64,000 nt of DNA from Octopus vulgaris. Lineage: Eukaryota. A model generated the notes under the pieces. It made no database searches. It saw only the letters and a list, made by a program, of their open reading frames with translations, and was not told the origin of the DNA. The position numbers were made by a program, and so were the translations under genes. The stretch is taken from contig OX597829.1 in assembly GCA_951406725.2 (NCBI GenBank), positions 21,018,001 through 21,082,000 of the forward strand, in the 5' to 3' direction. This document shows positions 1-13,671 of this stretch, one piece after another (position 1 is the stretch's first letter; every line of letters begins with the position of its first letter).

Positions 1-760
1 TATATTGAATAGTGCTTCCTCATACAACAATGATGTGCTAAAAATATGACTATGGCTTCTTCACCAATGAAATAAAGTATTTAGAGACTGTTCCCACCAA
101 GAAAATTAAACTTAGAACTAAGAAAGTGATATAGTTTAATCCACCTTACAATACTAATGTATTAACTAATGTTGTTGGATGTTTACTCTCTCTTATAAGA
201 AAGCACTTCTCCAGTCATCACAGATGTATCAAAATTTTCAATAAGTACATGGTCAAGGTTAATTATAGCTGCTTCTAAAATATAGGGTTGCAGGTACTGA
301 ATTACAACCAGGGAATTACACATACAAACAATTTAAATCTAATCCAACAAGATTGTAATTTTAGAAACAAATTTCAATGTCTATTGGATAATAAATGTCT
401 TGCAAAAGTGCTTGTCTGTAAAGCCAAAGTTCACAACTATGAAGATACAGAAAAATCAAATATTGGGCTCATAGAAAATTTGATCTTCACTCCACACAAC
501 ATCTTTATACGATCTGTAACTTAGTATAAGGTATTCTACATCATTGTCTAAGTATATCTGGGACCTGAAGGATAATGTTATAAACAATCCAACCAGTAAG
601 TGGAGCATTTTAGGAAAAGCAGACGCCAATAACAGATGAGGCACAAGATGTAATCTGTGCTTAACTGAGAAATTGAACATCCTGCCTACATCTAACATCC
701 TGAATTCAAGAGAGTAGACACTTTTTTTTCCTTACTTGCATATGAGAAGTTTCAGCCTGC
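1..760 (+). mobile_element. Penelope-like element relic (RT C-terminus + GIY-YIG)
   Basis: Fragments FNPPYNTNV, LIRKHF, VKVNYSC, CLLDNKCL..LVCKAKV, NIGLIE, LSKYIWDLK, CNLCLTEKLNI with stop codons. Confidence 0.8.
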
Positions 761-2404
761 AAGTATTCAAATATACTCCTCTCCCTAATGGATTCCATCA
801 ACAAACAGGATAGCAACAACTGTGAACCTGGCTTCCTAGTCAAAACGGCCTCTTGAACTCAGCATTAGTTACATCCTCATCATAATAATCAGCATCACAG
901 TCAATACCACTATTATCCTTATTACTACTACTACTACCTTCACCAATGACCCCTTTATCAGTGATTTGATCACAATCCCCATCAAGTCCCTATTGGAGCC
1001 ACTATGAGTTGTAGTATATACATACTCTACATAAACATGGCCAGCTTTGGGATCCATTCCTTACACACTGAATATCAATAGTATCATCATATTGGCCATT
1101 AATCTGTCTTTATTTATATGTTCATTGGTTATCTTTATAATTAATTGTGATCATTACCATCATCATCATCATTACTATCATCTGATATTGTATCTGTATA
1201 TAATGTCACCCAATCTGTTTGTTCTACTCACCTTCTTCATCATCATTATTCCCATCTTAAATTATTTACTTGACTCATTTACTCAAATATTTTTCCATCC
1301 ATATGTCCTACCATATCTAGTTTCTACTCTTTATCTCGGTTGCATTTTATTGTTTTCTTTTACCTGTCTTTTGTTTCTTTATTTCTTGTTTCTGGGTATT
1401 ACTCCTTTAAAAATTTTTTGTATTCATTCTACATTTCTTAACTTTAATAACTTTCAGAATTCTTTTATTCTTTTATTTTTTTTATTTGTTTCAGTCATTT
1501 GACTGTGGCCATGCTGGAGCACCGCCTTTAGTCGGGCAAATCGACCCCAGGACTTATTCTTTGTAAGCCTAGTACTTATTCTATTGGTCTCTCTTGCCGA
1601 ACTGCTAAGTGATGGGGACGTAAACACACCAGCATTGGTTGTCAAGCGATGTTGGGGGGACAAACACAGACACACACATATATGATGGACTTCTTTCAGT
1701 TTCCGTCTACCAAATCCACTCACAAGGCTTTGGTCGGCCCGAGGCTTTAGTAGAAGGCGCCTTGCAGTGGGGCTGAACCCAGAACCATGTGGTTCGTAAG
1801 CAGGCTACTTACCACACAGCCACTCCACCACCTTTATATTTTATAACTTTTCAATAACTTAACTCCTTATCATTCAGGTTACTCTGTCAAATATAATCCT
1901 TTCTACTAAAGGCACAGAGCCTGAAATTTTGCTGGAGGGAACTAGTCACTGGTACTCAATTTATCAATCCCAAAGGGATGAAAGGCAAAGTTGGCCTTGA
2001 TGGGATTTGAACTCAGAACATAGTGACAGGTGAAACACCGCTAAGCATTTCATCCAGTGTGCTAATGATTTAAATGTTATAAGGTTAACATTCTCAACAT
2101 GTCTCATTATCTTTCCAACTTTTTCTTAATACATTTCTATATATCTCTATTCCTAATTTTCTACATTGTCTTCAATTTTTAAAAAAATTTTCTATTGAAT
2201 ATTTCCATTGCATTCATTAACCATTCTAATATTCACCCACCCTACTTCATTCTTCCTATGAAACCTTTCAAAATACTCTCTACATTTCTTCTTCTTCTTC
2301 CTCCTCCTCCGCCCCCTCCTCCACCGCCTTCCTTCTCTCCTCTTTTTCTTTCTGTTTTTTTTTTACCATTTTTTTCTCTGCCACCATATCCCATGACAAA
2401 CCTT

Positions 2405-2918
2405 ATATATATCAAAACAAATCAAAATAGATGAACATCAATGGAATTTGTATCTTTGTGGTACCAGTGCCGGTGGCACGTGGCACACAAGAAAACCATC
2501 CGAACGTGGCCGTAGCCAGTACCGCATCGACTGGCCTCCGTGCTGTGGGCACGTAACAAACACCATCCGATCGTGGCCGTTTGCCAGCCTCATCTGGCAC
2601 CTGTGTCGGTGGCACATAAAAACACCATCCGAGCGTGGCCGTCTGCCAGCCTTGTCTGGCACCTGTGTCGGTGGCACATAAAAAACACCATCCGAGCGTG
2701 GCCGTTTGCCAGCCTCGTCTGGCACCTGTGTCGGTGGCACATAAAATCACCCACTACACTCTCGGAGTGGTTGGCGTTAGGAAGGGCATCCAGCTGTAGA
2801 AACACTGCCAGATCTGACTGGACTGGTGCAGCTTTCGGGCTCCCCAGACCCCAGTTGAACCGTCCAACCCATGCTAGCATGGAAAGCGGACGTTAAATGA
2901 TGATGATGATGATGATGA
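2405..2918 (+). mobile_element. RTE 3'UTR-only copy; related copies at ~21066-21530(-), 31000-31313(+), 36168-36490(-), 49641-49980(-), 55443-55648(+), 62165-62751(+)
   Basis: ~58-bp tandem units (gtcggtggcacataaaaacaccatccgagcgtggccg), then gtggttggcgttaggaagggcatccagc...ccaacccatgctagcatgg and a (GAT)n tail, as at the 3' end of the RTE at 37775. Confidence 0.85.
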
Positions 2919-3162
2919 TATATGTTTGTGTTTGTGTGCGTGTATGTATACTCAAAAGTCTTTGTGAAAATTACTTAATAGTTTTTAAGTACAAAGAGGA
3001 TTTTTTAAAAATAATTTTAAAAAAGTTATAAAATCTTTTATCAGGTTGTTACTAACCTTTTATGGAAGAAGGTTTTTTTCCTAATGTGTGGGAGCTTTTG
3101 ATTAACCTTTTCAAATACACATGGTCTTAGTTAATATAATATATATATATATATATATATAT

Positions 3163-3358
3163 CACTTTGATCACTTTGACCGACCAGTCCATCAGGCGTC
3201 CATTTGACAGCGCTGGTCACAGCACGCTGTCCACTCCTCTCTGGATCGCACCTTTCTCATCCCCGTGATCCCAATCGTCCTCTTGAAATCGTCACTCCAC
3301 CGTCGTGGAGGTCTTCCGGGTGGTCTTTTCCGCTCACGCGGGTACCACTTGACAACTG

Positions 3359-3360
<2 letters not shown>
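3163..3360 (-). mobile_element. RTE-type LINE 3' end inside a (TA)n microsatellite
   Basis: WYPRERKRPPGRPPRRWSDDF...SREEW; short tandem tail (tcaaagtga)2. Confidence 0.75.
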
Positions 3361-3414
<54 letters not shown>

Positions 3415-4216
3415 GACAGGTATACTGTCAGACAGACAAGACAGATAGATAGAAAATGGAAAGAATGACATTCTTTATTTAAAATTACTTCAATTGTTTC
3501 AACACATTTTTACATTTTAATACATTGGTGAGATGTGTAATCATTATCATATACCCAAAGTGTAAAATGCACCTCCTCAGGTGATTGTTTCTTTCTACAT
3601 CTTTAGTTTTGTTCTTGTTTCTATTCTTCAGTCTTTTTAAAACTTTCTTCCTTGTAATCTGACAATCAGAATAGAATGGTAATCTATTGTCAACTAGACC
3701 CATTTCTTTATTTTTATTTGTTTTTTATTTATGTATTTTTGCATTTTGATTGTAATTGTATTTTATCTGTTACTATATTCATGAGTTTAGTTTAGTCAAT
3801 AGACTGTTGAAAATGATACACTACTTTGGGTATACATTCTCACACTGAGTGGAATGACAGTTGGATCTAAGAAAGAATTTATTTAGACAGTCACCCGAGG
3901 AGGTGCATTTTACACCTTTTATGTATGGTAATGATTACACAACATCTCTGCAATGTATTATGGGTGTAAAAATGTCTCCAAACTATCCACTTGTAATAAG
4001 AAAATATGAACTCCTATCAGAATCTACATACCATCGACAAGAAACATTTCTACCCTTGCTACACAGCACTTTCCTTGGATAATGGACATCCTACATATAT
4101 TTTTAATTGTATTTTTATTTTCTTATTTCTCTTTATACTTCCTGTATCCATCCTTTTACAAAATAACTCCTTATATTGAACTCTACTATTTCCCTCTAGT
4201 TAACTCTCTCATATTG

Positions 4217-4262
4217 TCTCTGATGAAGGGATATCCCTAATATCCCAGAAACAGCTGTAAGA
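4217..4262 (+). ncRNA. Minimal type-I hammerhead ribozyme motif, core intact
   Basis: tct CTGATGA a gggata-tccctaa-tatccc a GAAAC agct GTA aga: stem I, stem II, palindromic stem III and a GUA triplet, downstream of a PLE remnant. Confidence 0.75.
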
Positions 4263-4806
4263 TTAACTCTCTCTTTATAAATGTCCTATAAATTCCACAC
4301 AGCCTTGGTTTTGTTGTCTCATTTTATTTAACATATACATGCACACACAAGACACACATTAGACTACTCACTCATATTATTATCAAACTGAGAAGTAACT
4401 ATGGTTCTCCCGTAGCACTTACATAGGCTTACCTGCCATCTTAGGTCTTCTGGATACCAATACCTCTCATATATATATGATATATATATATGTGTGTGGG
4501 GCGGGGGGAGGTGCAAATGGCCCAGTGGTTAGGGCAGCAGACTCACGGTCACAGGATCGCGGTTTCGATTGCCAGACCGGACATTGTGAGTGTTTATTGA
4601 TCAAAAACACTAAAAGCTCCATGAGGTTCTGGCAGGGGGTGGTGGCGATCCCTGCTGTACTCTTTTGCCACAACTTTTTCTCACACTTTCTTCTGTTGGC
4701 CTACTTGCTTATCCAGCAGGGTGGCGTCATTTGAAGGCTAAAACAATGTGAAGCACATTGTGACCAGCGATGTGTAGTAGCATCTGATAGCCTGGTCGGT
4801 GACATG

Positions 4807-4867
<61 letters not shown>

Positions 4868-5269
4868 ATAGATTGATAGATAGATAGATATAGATATATG
4901 ATATATATATATATAGTTTTTTGTTGTTGTTTGTGTGTGTGTTTCTCTGTGTCTTTCAACATATAGACACTGCAACCCAGACTTCAAGAAAAGTCTTTCC
5001 CTTTGAACAATTTATAAAGGTACATGCATGATTAACATTTTCTTTTTTACCGGCAACACACCGACTGGCAATGACCTATTATTTATAACATAGGGGATGA
5101 TTTTCGCAAGCCATTCAACCATAGCAGCTAAGAAAGCTAAGAGACATCAGCAACCATAGGTGATGGTTAGAGGTGAATGCCTTCATATGATCAGGCCATA
5201 TTTGATCATATAATCAAGTTATACTTTCTTACTTTGAGCAACAAACATTAACGGCTTTCTGTTGATGGT

Positions 5270-6000
5270 CAGCTTCTTCTTGTACCAGTCTTCAACTGCC
5301 TTTCCATCGTACAATTTGTCAACAACATTGGTGAAAGTTTGAGGTTCTACTGTATATGTTTTACTGTGGATATTGATACAATATTCTCTCCTAACTGAAT
5401 CATTACAACAATGTAATCAAGTCAAAATCTTTCTTTTCATTACAGATCTTTGACCAGAATTATTAAAGATCTTCCTGAGACTTTCTTAACAGTAATGTTT
5501 TTAATGTCTTTTTTCCTTATCTCTTAGTATAATGCTTGTGGATTGGAAGCAAAATTATGATTTAAACTGCCTTGGTTGAAGATTTTTCTTTGATAACTAA
5601 GTTTTTCATTTAATGTCCTTAGTACATATTTTGAAGTAATTAGCTTTCCTTTATGAGCTTGATGTGAAGAATTACCAAACGGTTCCATTATTATTATTAT
5701 TATTATTTTTTCTTTATTTATTATTTTTTTTGCATAAGATGTAAATCGGTGAGATGTGAACTTGTTATTACTCTTTAAAATATCCAAAAGACATTGCAGA
5801 TTGTTGATGTTTCCTTCAAGTATATTTTCTTTTTCTGTTGCTTCTGTTTAGTAATTTCATTAGCATGAGTATAGCAAGTGTCTCCTAGATATTCCTTAAG
5901 AGTAATAGTAGCAGTGCATAGGAACGTATTAGTTGTTCAGTAATTAACCCCAAAAACACTCATGTTGAAAGTCTTCAATGCTGCTATTAGAAAGTGCTCA
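5270..6000 (-). mobile_element. Decayed R4/Dong-like LINE fragment
   Basis: TATITLKEYLG, LNEKLSYQRKIF...LNHNFASNPQALY resemble the pre-RT region of R4/Dong elements; many stops. Confidence 0.5.
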
Positions 6001-6789
6001 TTTGAAATATCTGAAGCAAGAATCCAACCAGGATTTAAAACTAAAATCCTTTATTTTACTCATATGCAAAAACCACTATATTCAGAATTGTTCCTGCAAT
6101 AAAGGAGCAAACAGAAAAACAAAAAAACATAAATAGTTATTGAAAAACCAGATGACCTAAGAAAAGCCAATTGGTGACAGAAAATCCTCTTGAGCTGAGA
6201 GAAAAAAGGTAGTTTTCTGAATTCTAAATGATTCACATATAAATAACTGTGAACATTAGGCTTTATATAAGACATCTTTTCCTTGAAAAATGGAGAGAGG
6301 CTACAGAGCTAGGATGAATAAAGTCATGTCACAGTCAAATTACTCAAACAGCTGGAGGAACGCAATCAAATCACTGATGACAACTGATCAAGACATCTTT
6401 CATACTTTTATTTTAGTCTTTTTTTTTATTCTGTTTCAACTAAACTAGTATACCCCCGGAGAACTACAAGACTTTTGACTACCAAATTCAATTCTTCTTT
6501 CCTCTCATGCATGCATACACACACACGCTCACACACACATGCACACACACACATACGTGCATGTGCACATGCATGCATGAACACATGTGTAGGAATATAA
6601 ACCTTCTTTTCTTTGTGTATTCACATTCTTTTTGCTTTGCACAGACACACACACACACACACATTGTAAACATGAACTTTTGGGGTCGATGATCTGTGAA
6701 TAGATAAATCAGTCTACCTATTTTATAACATTCTTCTTTGTACATTAATATCTGTAAAATCTGTGGCTAGTGCAAAGTCCCTTCCAGAC

Positions 6790-9198
6790 CTAGGGTAACG
6801 TGGTGGTGGAATAGACAGGGTCATTAGAGCAAAGAAACAGGACTGGAAGAGTGGGAGTAGCAGGGAACTGTATCAGATAGCCAGAAAAAAAGCTAGGAGA
6901 CAGGTATATAGAGCCAGGGGAGAAGCAGAAAAGAAGTTTGTCAATGTTCAGCGACATGAAGACATGAAGACCAAAGAACTGTGTTTTAGATTGCAAGACA
7001 ATGTGTGAGAGGAAATTGTGATGTCATAGGAGAGAAATGTGTCCCCATGGATGATGGTGCACTTGCATTTAATGATTCTGCAAAGAAAGAGGCTTGGAGA
7101 TGAAAGTCTGCTGAATGTGGAGAATGAACAGGAGGAGGAGAGTTTGCCAAAGTTGACCCAATTGAGGGACCAGCTATCCGAATTGAGAGTACCCAGGTAG
7201 ATAAAGCAATTAGGGATATAAAAACTGGGCAAGCCCCCGGCCCATCAGGAATCACTGCTGAGATGCATAAAATATCTGGTGGAGTGAATTATCATCTAGT
7301 CACCCATATTATAAATCAGATAGTTCACGAAGGAGTCATACCCAGTGACTGGTGTAGCAGCACTATGGTCAACTGCTACAAAGGTAAAGGTAATGCTTTA
7401 AATAGAAATAAATACAGGGTTCAAATTGCTGGATCAGGTGGTGAAAGTCACTGAGAGGATCATAGCCCAACTAATTAAGGAGAAAGTTAGCCTAGATGAG
7501 ATGCAGTTTGGTTTTGTGCCAGGCAGAAGCACCACTGTTGCTATATTTCTGGTAAGGCAACTGCAGGAGAAATACCTAGCCAAAGATAAACCTCTGTACT
7601 TGGCTTTTGTTGACTTGGAGAAAGCCTTTGACAGAGTCCCCCGATTCCTTATCTGGTGGTCAGTGCGGTAACTAGGGATAGACAAGTGGTTAGTAAGAGC
7701 TGTACAAGTCCTGTACAGGGATGCTGTCAGTAAAGCTCTAATAGCTGAGTCACAACCGGAACTAGAGAAGAAGTTTTAGGTGTGGAAGTAAGGTCTAGAA
7801 TTGAAGGGCTTTAGAATCAATCTAGCAAAGACCAAAGTCCTAGTAAGTAGGAAGGCAAACAAATCACAAACCCCTTCAGGTAGATGGCCCTACTTGATAT
7901 GTAGAAAAGGCATAGGTAGAAACTCCATAAGATGTACCTGAAGTAAGTTATGGGCACATAAGAGGTGCAGCAATATCAAAGGAAGGTTAATCGGGAAGAT
8001 AGTTTTTGTCTGACAAAAGCACAGGGGCAATAAACACCGAGAATGTACGAAAACAGATTCCATCACATTCCAAGGGTCAAAAGTAAAAGTAGTTGATAGT
8101 CTGTAGTGGGAGTGGATACTCAGAGAGCATAGCTGATAGAAAAAGAATAGCCTGGGCAAAGTTTAGAAAGCTTCTACCTTTGCTGGTAACAAAGGGCTTC
8201 TTGCTCAGAGTAAAAGGTAGACTGTACTATGCATGTGTGTGAACAGCCATGCTACACAGCAGTGAAACATGGGCCATGGCTGCTGAGGACATGCGTTGGC
8301 TTGAAAGAAATGAAGCTAGAATGATCTGCTGGATGTGTATTGTCAGTATACATACACAACAGAGTGTAAGCCCCCATGTGAAATAAGTTGGACATAAGAA
8401 GCATTAGATGTGGTGTGCAAGAGAGACAACTGCACTGGTATAGTCATGTGTTGTGTATGGATGAGGACAGATGTGTGAAGAAGTGTCACACCCTAACAGT
8501 GGAAGGAACCTGTGGAAAAGGTAGACCCAGGAAGACATAGGATGAAACATGACCTTCGAAATTTGGGCCTCCCAGAGGTAATGACAAGAGACTGAGACCT
8601 TTGGAGATATACTGTGATTGGGAAGACTCAGTAAGTAAAGCAAGATTGCAGCTGTGGCTGATACCAGTGTCGCATATCCAGCCCATTCAAAAGTACCCTT
8701 GAATTGCCAGGCAACACGCTGTGCTTGACAATACCTGTTGGGTCAAGTGAAATAGTAATCATGGCCAATGCTAGTGCTGTCTGACTGGCACCCATGCTGT
8801 TGGCCCGTAATAAATACCATTCAAGTGTGGTTCAATGCCAGTGCTGCCTGACTGGCTCCCCGTGCTGGTGGCATGTAAAAAACACCATTTGAACATGGTC
8901 AAAGCCAGTGACCCCCCAACTGGCTCCCATGCCAGTGGCATGTAAAAAGCACCATCTGAACAGGGTTGATACCAGTGCCACCTGAGTGGCTGCTGTGCTG
9001 GTTGCATGTAAAAAACACCCACTACGCTCTAAGAGTGGTTGGCATTAGGAAGGGCATCCAGCTGTAGAAACATTGCCAGATCAGATTGTCTGATGCAGCC
9101 TACTGGCTTGTCAGGCTTCAGTCAAACCATCCAACCCATGCCAGCATGGAAAACGCATGTTAAACCATGATGATGACGATGATGATGATGATGATGAT
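6790..9198 (+). mobile_element. Older, decayed copy of the same RTE family
   Basis: Colinear with 37775-40246 (ORF 7426-7671 LDQVVKVTER...KAFDRVPR), with many stops and frameshifts; (GAT)n tail at ~9170-9198. Confidence 0.9.
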
Positions 9199-9560
9199 AG
9201 AATGTGACAATTTGCTGAATGAAGGTAAAAACCATTTGAAGTTGCAAAGGCACAAATCACTTCTCATTGTTGGTTCATTACCATTTTTTCTAAGTCAGAA
9301 ATAATCAAATTGGAAATTCTCATTGCTACTAAAAAATTCTCTTTTGCTTTGCATACTGTTTCTCATGATTTGAGTTTCAAGACATCCAGCAGTTTCTAAA
9401 AGTTACTCAATAGAATTTTTGAGTCAAACTTTCATCTTATGCAGACAAAAAGTGAAGCCATAATTTTAAATGTATTTGCATAAATGGTTAAATCTAAGTT
9501 TGGTAAAGATCTTGCAGTGGCAAATTTTGTGACAATTTTGATAGAAAGTTCTATATTTAA

Positions 9561-9670
9561 GAGATAAGGAATTATGTACATTATTTACATTCGACCCACG
9601 GGCATATGGCATAGTGGTTAAGAGTGTGGGCTCCTAACTCCAAGATTCCGAGTTCGATTCCAGGTAGCAA

Positions 9671-9712
<42 letters not shown>

Positions 9713-9861
9713 CATCGAAAAATACCTTAGGAATGAGAATCCAAGTTCGAAATTTCCCCAAGACACCTGAAGAAGGCTTGGAGGGTATATCAGCCAAAAT
9801 GTTGTGTTAACAACAAACAACATAAGGACAAATACCCGTCGAATGTAAATAATATAAATAA
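9561..9861 (+). mobile_element. Non-coding unit: inverted terminus + tRNA-like Pol III head + (AAT)n + hammerhead
   Basis: Inverted repeat 9572-9595/9838-9861; tRNA-like 9600-9673 with A box tggcatagtgg and B box gagttcgattcc; truncated sister copy at 24805-24930. Confidence 0.7.
9763..9807 (+). ncRNA. Minimal hammerhead motif (CpG-decayed)
   Basis: acac CTGAAGA a ggct..agcc AAAAT GTT gtgt. ccgaaacg to ccaaaatg needs only two CpG transitions; the sister copy at 24871 keeps aaacg. Confidence 0.65.
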
Positions 9862-11768
9862 TTTTGAGAGATGTTTCAAATCAAAAAGATGTTGAGCTAC
9901 TTTTCAATATTCAATACTACATTTCCAGAAGGCAGTCAGCTGTCAGAATCTTTAACATGCTAGACAAAAAGCTTAGTAGCATTTTGTCCATCTTTATGTG
10001 CTGAGTTCAAATTTCACCAAAGCTGACTTTGCCTTTCATCCTTTCGATAATATGAGTACCAGTCATGCACTGGGGTCAATGTAAACAACAAAACCACTTC
10101 CACAAAAGTTTAAGTCTTGTAGCTAGAGCAGAAAGGATATTACATTCCTGATCAGGGGTACAAGTCAAATTTTTGGATATGTGTACTGTTTCAGTTGAGA
10201 CATCTTTGACCAATCTTAGTTATTGACAATCACAGGTTGATGAAAAAAGATACTACATTTTGTGGAAACAACTGCAACACAAATTTTGGTGGAGTAAATC
10301 AAAAAAGCAAGGAACTTAGAAGGGATTTCATTAGCATAGGCTTTGGGACATACATTGTGTGTAACTGACTTCAAAAAGCTATCGGTTTATTACCAGTTGA
10401 TATCAAAGCACTTATGAAAAGTTTCTTAATATTTCTCACGTATTCACAGTTCATGTAACACAGGTAAAAGAAATTTATAACCTTGCAGAAGTAGAATACA
10501 AAAAGCTATTAAAACATGGGAACACCCAATTTTTCAATTCATTCAACTACTGCTGGTAGTTGAACCAATTCTTTGAAAAAGGATTCTAGAGAAATATATT
10601 TGTAGCAGACAGCTACCAAATACCTAAGCCAAGATTCAAAATCAAATTCACAGTTTCAAACAAGTCTTTGACTAATTGTTCTCACTTTTTGCACTAAGTA
10701 ATTAATAAGAATAAGCTGACTTTTTAAACCTCTTCGAGTTATTTTCAGGTCAAACCTGATTAAAGAGAAAGAATCCCTTGTTTTTAGCTTGACCTGGATT
10801 AGTTAGATAGATATAAAAATGCAACAACAAATATGTCCATTCTCGTTGGTCACTTGGTGTCTAGCCAAAGACCACACATAATTTCCTTCATTCCTTTTTC
10901 TTTTCATTGATGATAGAGAAGTAGTATCATTATATGAGGAATAATACAGCACTTACCATTTCTATATGCCATGATTTTCTTGCTCTTTCCCTCTCTCTCT
11001 AGCAGTCTCAGAGATGAAAATAGCAAGCATAAAGAATAGACTGGAGAACTACAAATAATTTGTGTATACACAAATAACTATAAAAAGTTATTTTCTATAT
11101 TTTAATGAATAACACAATAACTTAAATGGTCATTTCGCCAATGCAATTAAACCTCATTGTTATATATTTATGGTTTGTACATGTATAGTTTAGGCTTTTC
11201 AACAGATCATTACTGGTTATGGAGAAGAACAATTTCAATGCAACAGATATCAAACTAAAATTCCAAAATCTTATGAGAAATATATAAAAAAGATATGGTG
11301 AAATTGTTCCCCCAAAATTTAAAGAGGAATCTTGCTGTCTCTCATATTTAGATCAATGGAAAGAGAACTTTGAACAAAGGTAGAAGACTTGATGTGGTTA
11401 CAATTTTACAACACACACACACACGCACGCATGCACACACACACACATATATAGTAACAAAAAGGGAAGAGGAGAATTTCAATTTGAGAAATCTTGATTG
11501 GTGAGTTGTAATGCAAAAAGTAAATATACAAAATAAAAGAAGGAAAATACACACAGTTTACATACATTTTTAAATATATTTTATAAGTAAAAGAGTATTG
11601 TGTTTGTCAACCATTTTTGCTTTCACTAATCATGATATTGAAATTATTGTGAATTTATATTTTCTTAAGAAGATTTTAGTCCATGTTGTGTCTGGAAAAC
11701 CTTTTCTACACACAACATATACTAAAATCTTCACTTATAAAATATATTAAAACTATGTAAACTGTGTG

Positions 11769-11897
<129 letters not shown>

Positions 11898-13350
11898 GTT
11901 TGTACTTCTGTGTTTGTCTCCCCACCATCACTTGACAATCAATGTTGGTGTGTTTACGTCTCCAAAACTCAGTGGTTTGGCAAAAGAGACTAATAGAATA
12001 AGTACTAGGCTTACTAACAGTAAGTTCTAGGGTCAATTACTAAAAGGCAGTGCTCCAGCATGGCTGCAGTCAAATGGCTGAAACAAATAAAATGAAAGAA
12101 TAAAGATTTGAAATGTTGTCAGTGGGTGCTTTATATAACATTAATTTATAGTTATGTAATTTTAGCTGACCTTGCTGAGTAAATTTGACTTTTAGGGGCA
12201 AGTAAATTTCATTAACAGGTGTAAAAGCAATAACATTATGGGTAAACACTAAAATTGAAAATCCTAATGCATCTTACCTGTTTGATTTGTTACTAAAATT
12301 ATTCTAGTTGGCAACCGACAAAAATTTTGTCACTTTTCAAGATGAGGTACATTACTTTGAATTAATTAAAATACAGGTATAATTGATATAAGATTTTATT
12401 CTTTTGGTAAATATTTTGTACCTCGGTGTGGGATACTTTTTTCCACAGTTTGTTCAGGTACCTTCAACATGTCTGACCTCTAAACCCACTGCAAGCCACT
12501 TTTGTATGGAAAATATAGGTGAGAGAGGTGGTGGGGACTGTTCCCTCTTGACAGGACAAAGAAATTTCCCATTGTCTTTGCAAGCAACAAGTGGATGACT
12601 TTGGTTTCAAATCCAGGCAGGGCCACACAAGATTCTACAAATTATTTATAATAATAAGTGGCATTATATCAGGGTTGAAAGAATGCTGTGTACAATATTA
12701 AATATGCTAAGATAATCTAAAAACAATAGAAACGTTTAAACATTTACCTGTTTTTATGAAATTTTGGAGTTAACGGACTTAATAATGATTTTCTAAGTTA
12801 ACAGATTAATGGACTTACGCCCAGCTGTGTATATATATGTGTGTGTGTGTGTATGTGCGTGCGTGTGTGTGTGTGTTATGACTGTGTGGTAAGAAGCTTG
12901 CTTACCAACCACAGGGTTCCAGGTTCAGTCCTACTACATGGCACCTTGGGCAAGTGTCTTCTACTATAGCCTCAGGTCAACCAAAGCTTTGTGAGTGGAT
13001 TTGGTGGATGGAAACTGAAAGAAGCCCATTGTATATGTATACACACACACACACATATATGTGTGTGTATGTCTGTATTTGTCCTCTTGCCATCACTTAA
13101 TAGATGATGCTGGTGTGTTTATGTCCTTGTAATTTAGTGGCTTGGCAAAAGAGACCAATAGAATAAGCCCCAGGACTGATTTCTTTGACTAAAACACCTT
13201 AAGATACTGCACCAGCATTGCCACAGTCAAATGACTGAAACGAATAAAGAAATATGTATATATACTGAAGGCACTTACCCAAGGTACTATGTAGTTGGGA
13301 AGCAAACCTCAAAGTCTACATAAGTATGTGCTTGTGTATGCATGTGTGTA

Positions 13351-13560
13351 TGAAGTGGTGCTGAAAAGTTCCTTGCTTTAAGGGTGTTGCAAAAGGCCTG
13401 GCTGGAGTCTCAACCTTCTGAATTCTCTTACAGGGTTTAGAAAAATTGAAGGACCATTGAAATAAGTGTGTAAATCTGAGAGAATATATTAAATAAAATC
13501 ATAACCAATCATCATGTACTTTCTTTTACTCAAAGCCAGGAACTTTTCAGCATTCCTTCA
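13351..13560. mobile_element. Tc1/mariner-type MITE
   Basis: ~29-bp imperfect TIRs (tgaagtggtgctgaaaagttccttgcttt / aaagccaggaacttttcagcattccttca) flanked by TA. Confidence 0.7.
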
Positions 13561-13671
13561 TATATCTCTTATTCATTTATTTTAGTCATTGAACAACAGT
13601 CATGCTGGTCTACCACCTTGAAGGGTATTTTAGTCAAATGGATTGACTTCAGTACTTATTGGCATCTCTCT

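Larger units (their letters stand above)
9200..10575 (+). mobile_element. hAT-like transposase fossil interrupted by later insertions
   Basis: HTVSHDLSFKT, QTKSEAIILNV, FCGNNCNTNFGG, LLPVDIKAL, VEYKKLLKHGNT with stops; split by the 9561 unit and a SINE at ~9930-10140. Confidence 0.6.

Noticed and set aside
2500-2745. Regularly spaced ~58-bp repeats that look superficially like a CRISPR array
   Set aside because: The units are tandem without unique spacers and belong to the RTE 3'UTR; the DNA is eukaryotic and has no cas genes.
9600-9673. Functional tRNA gene
   Set aside because: The acceptor and anticodon stems pair poorly and it is embedded in a repeat unit; treated as a tRNA-derived head.
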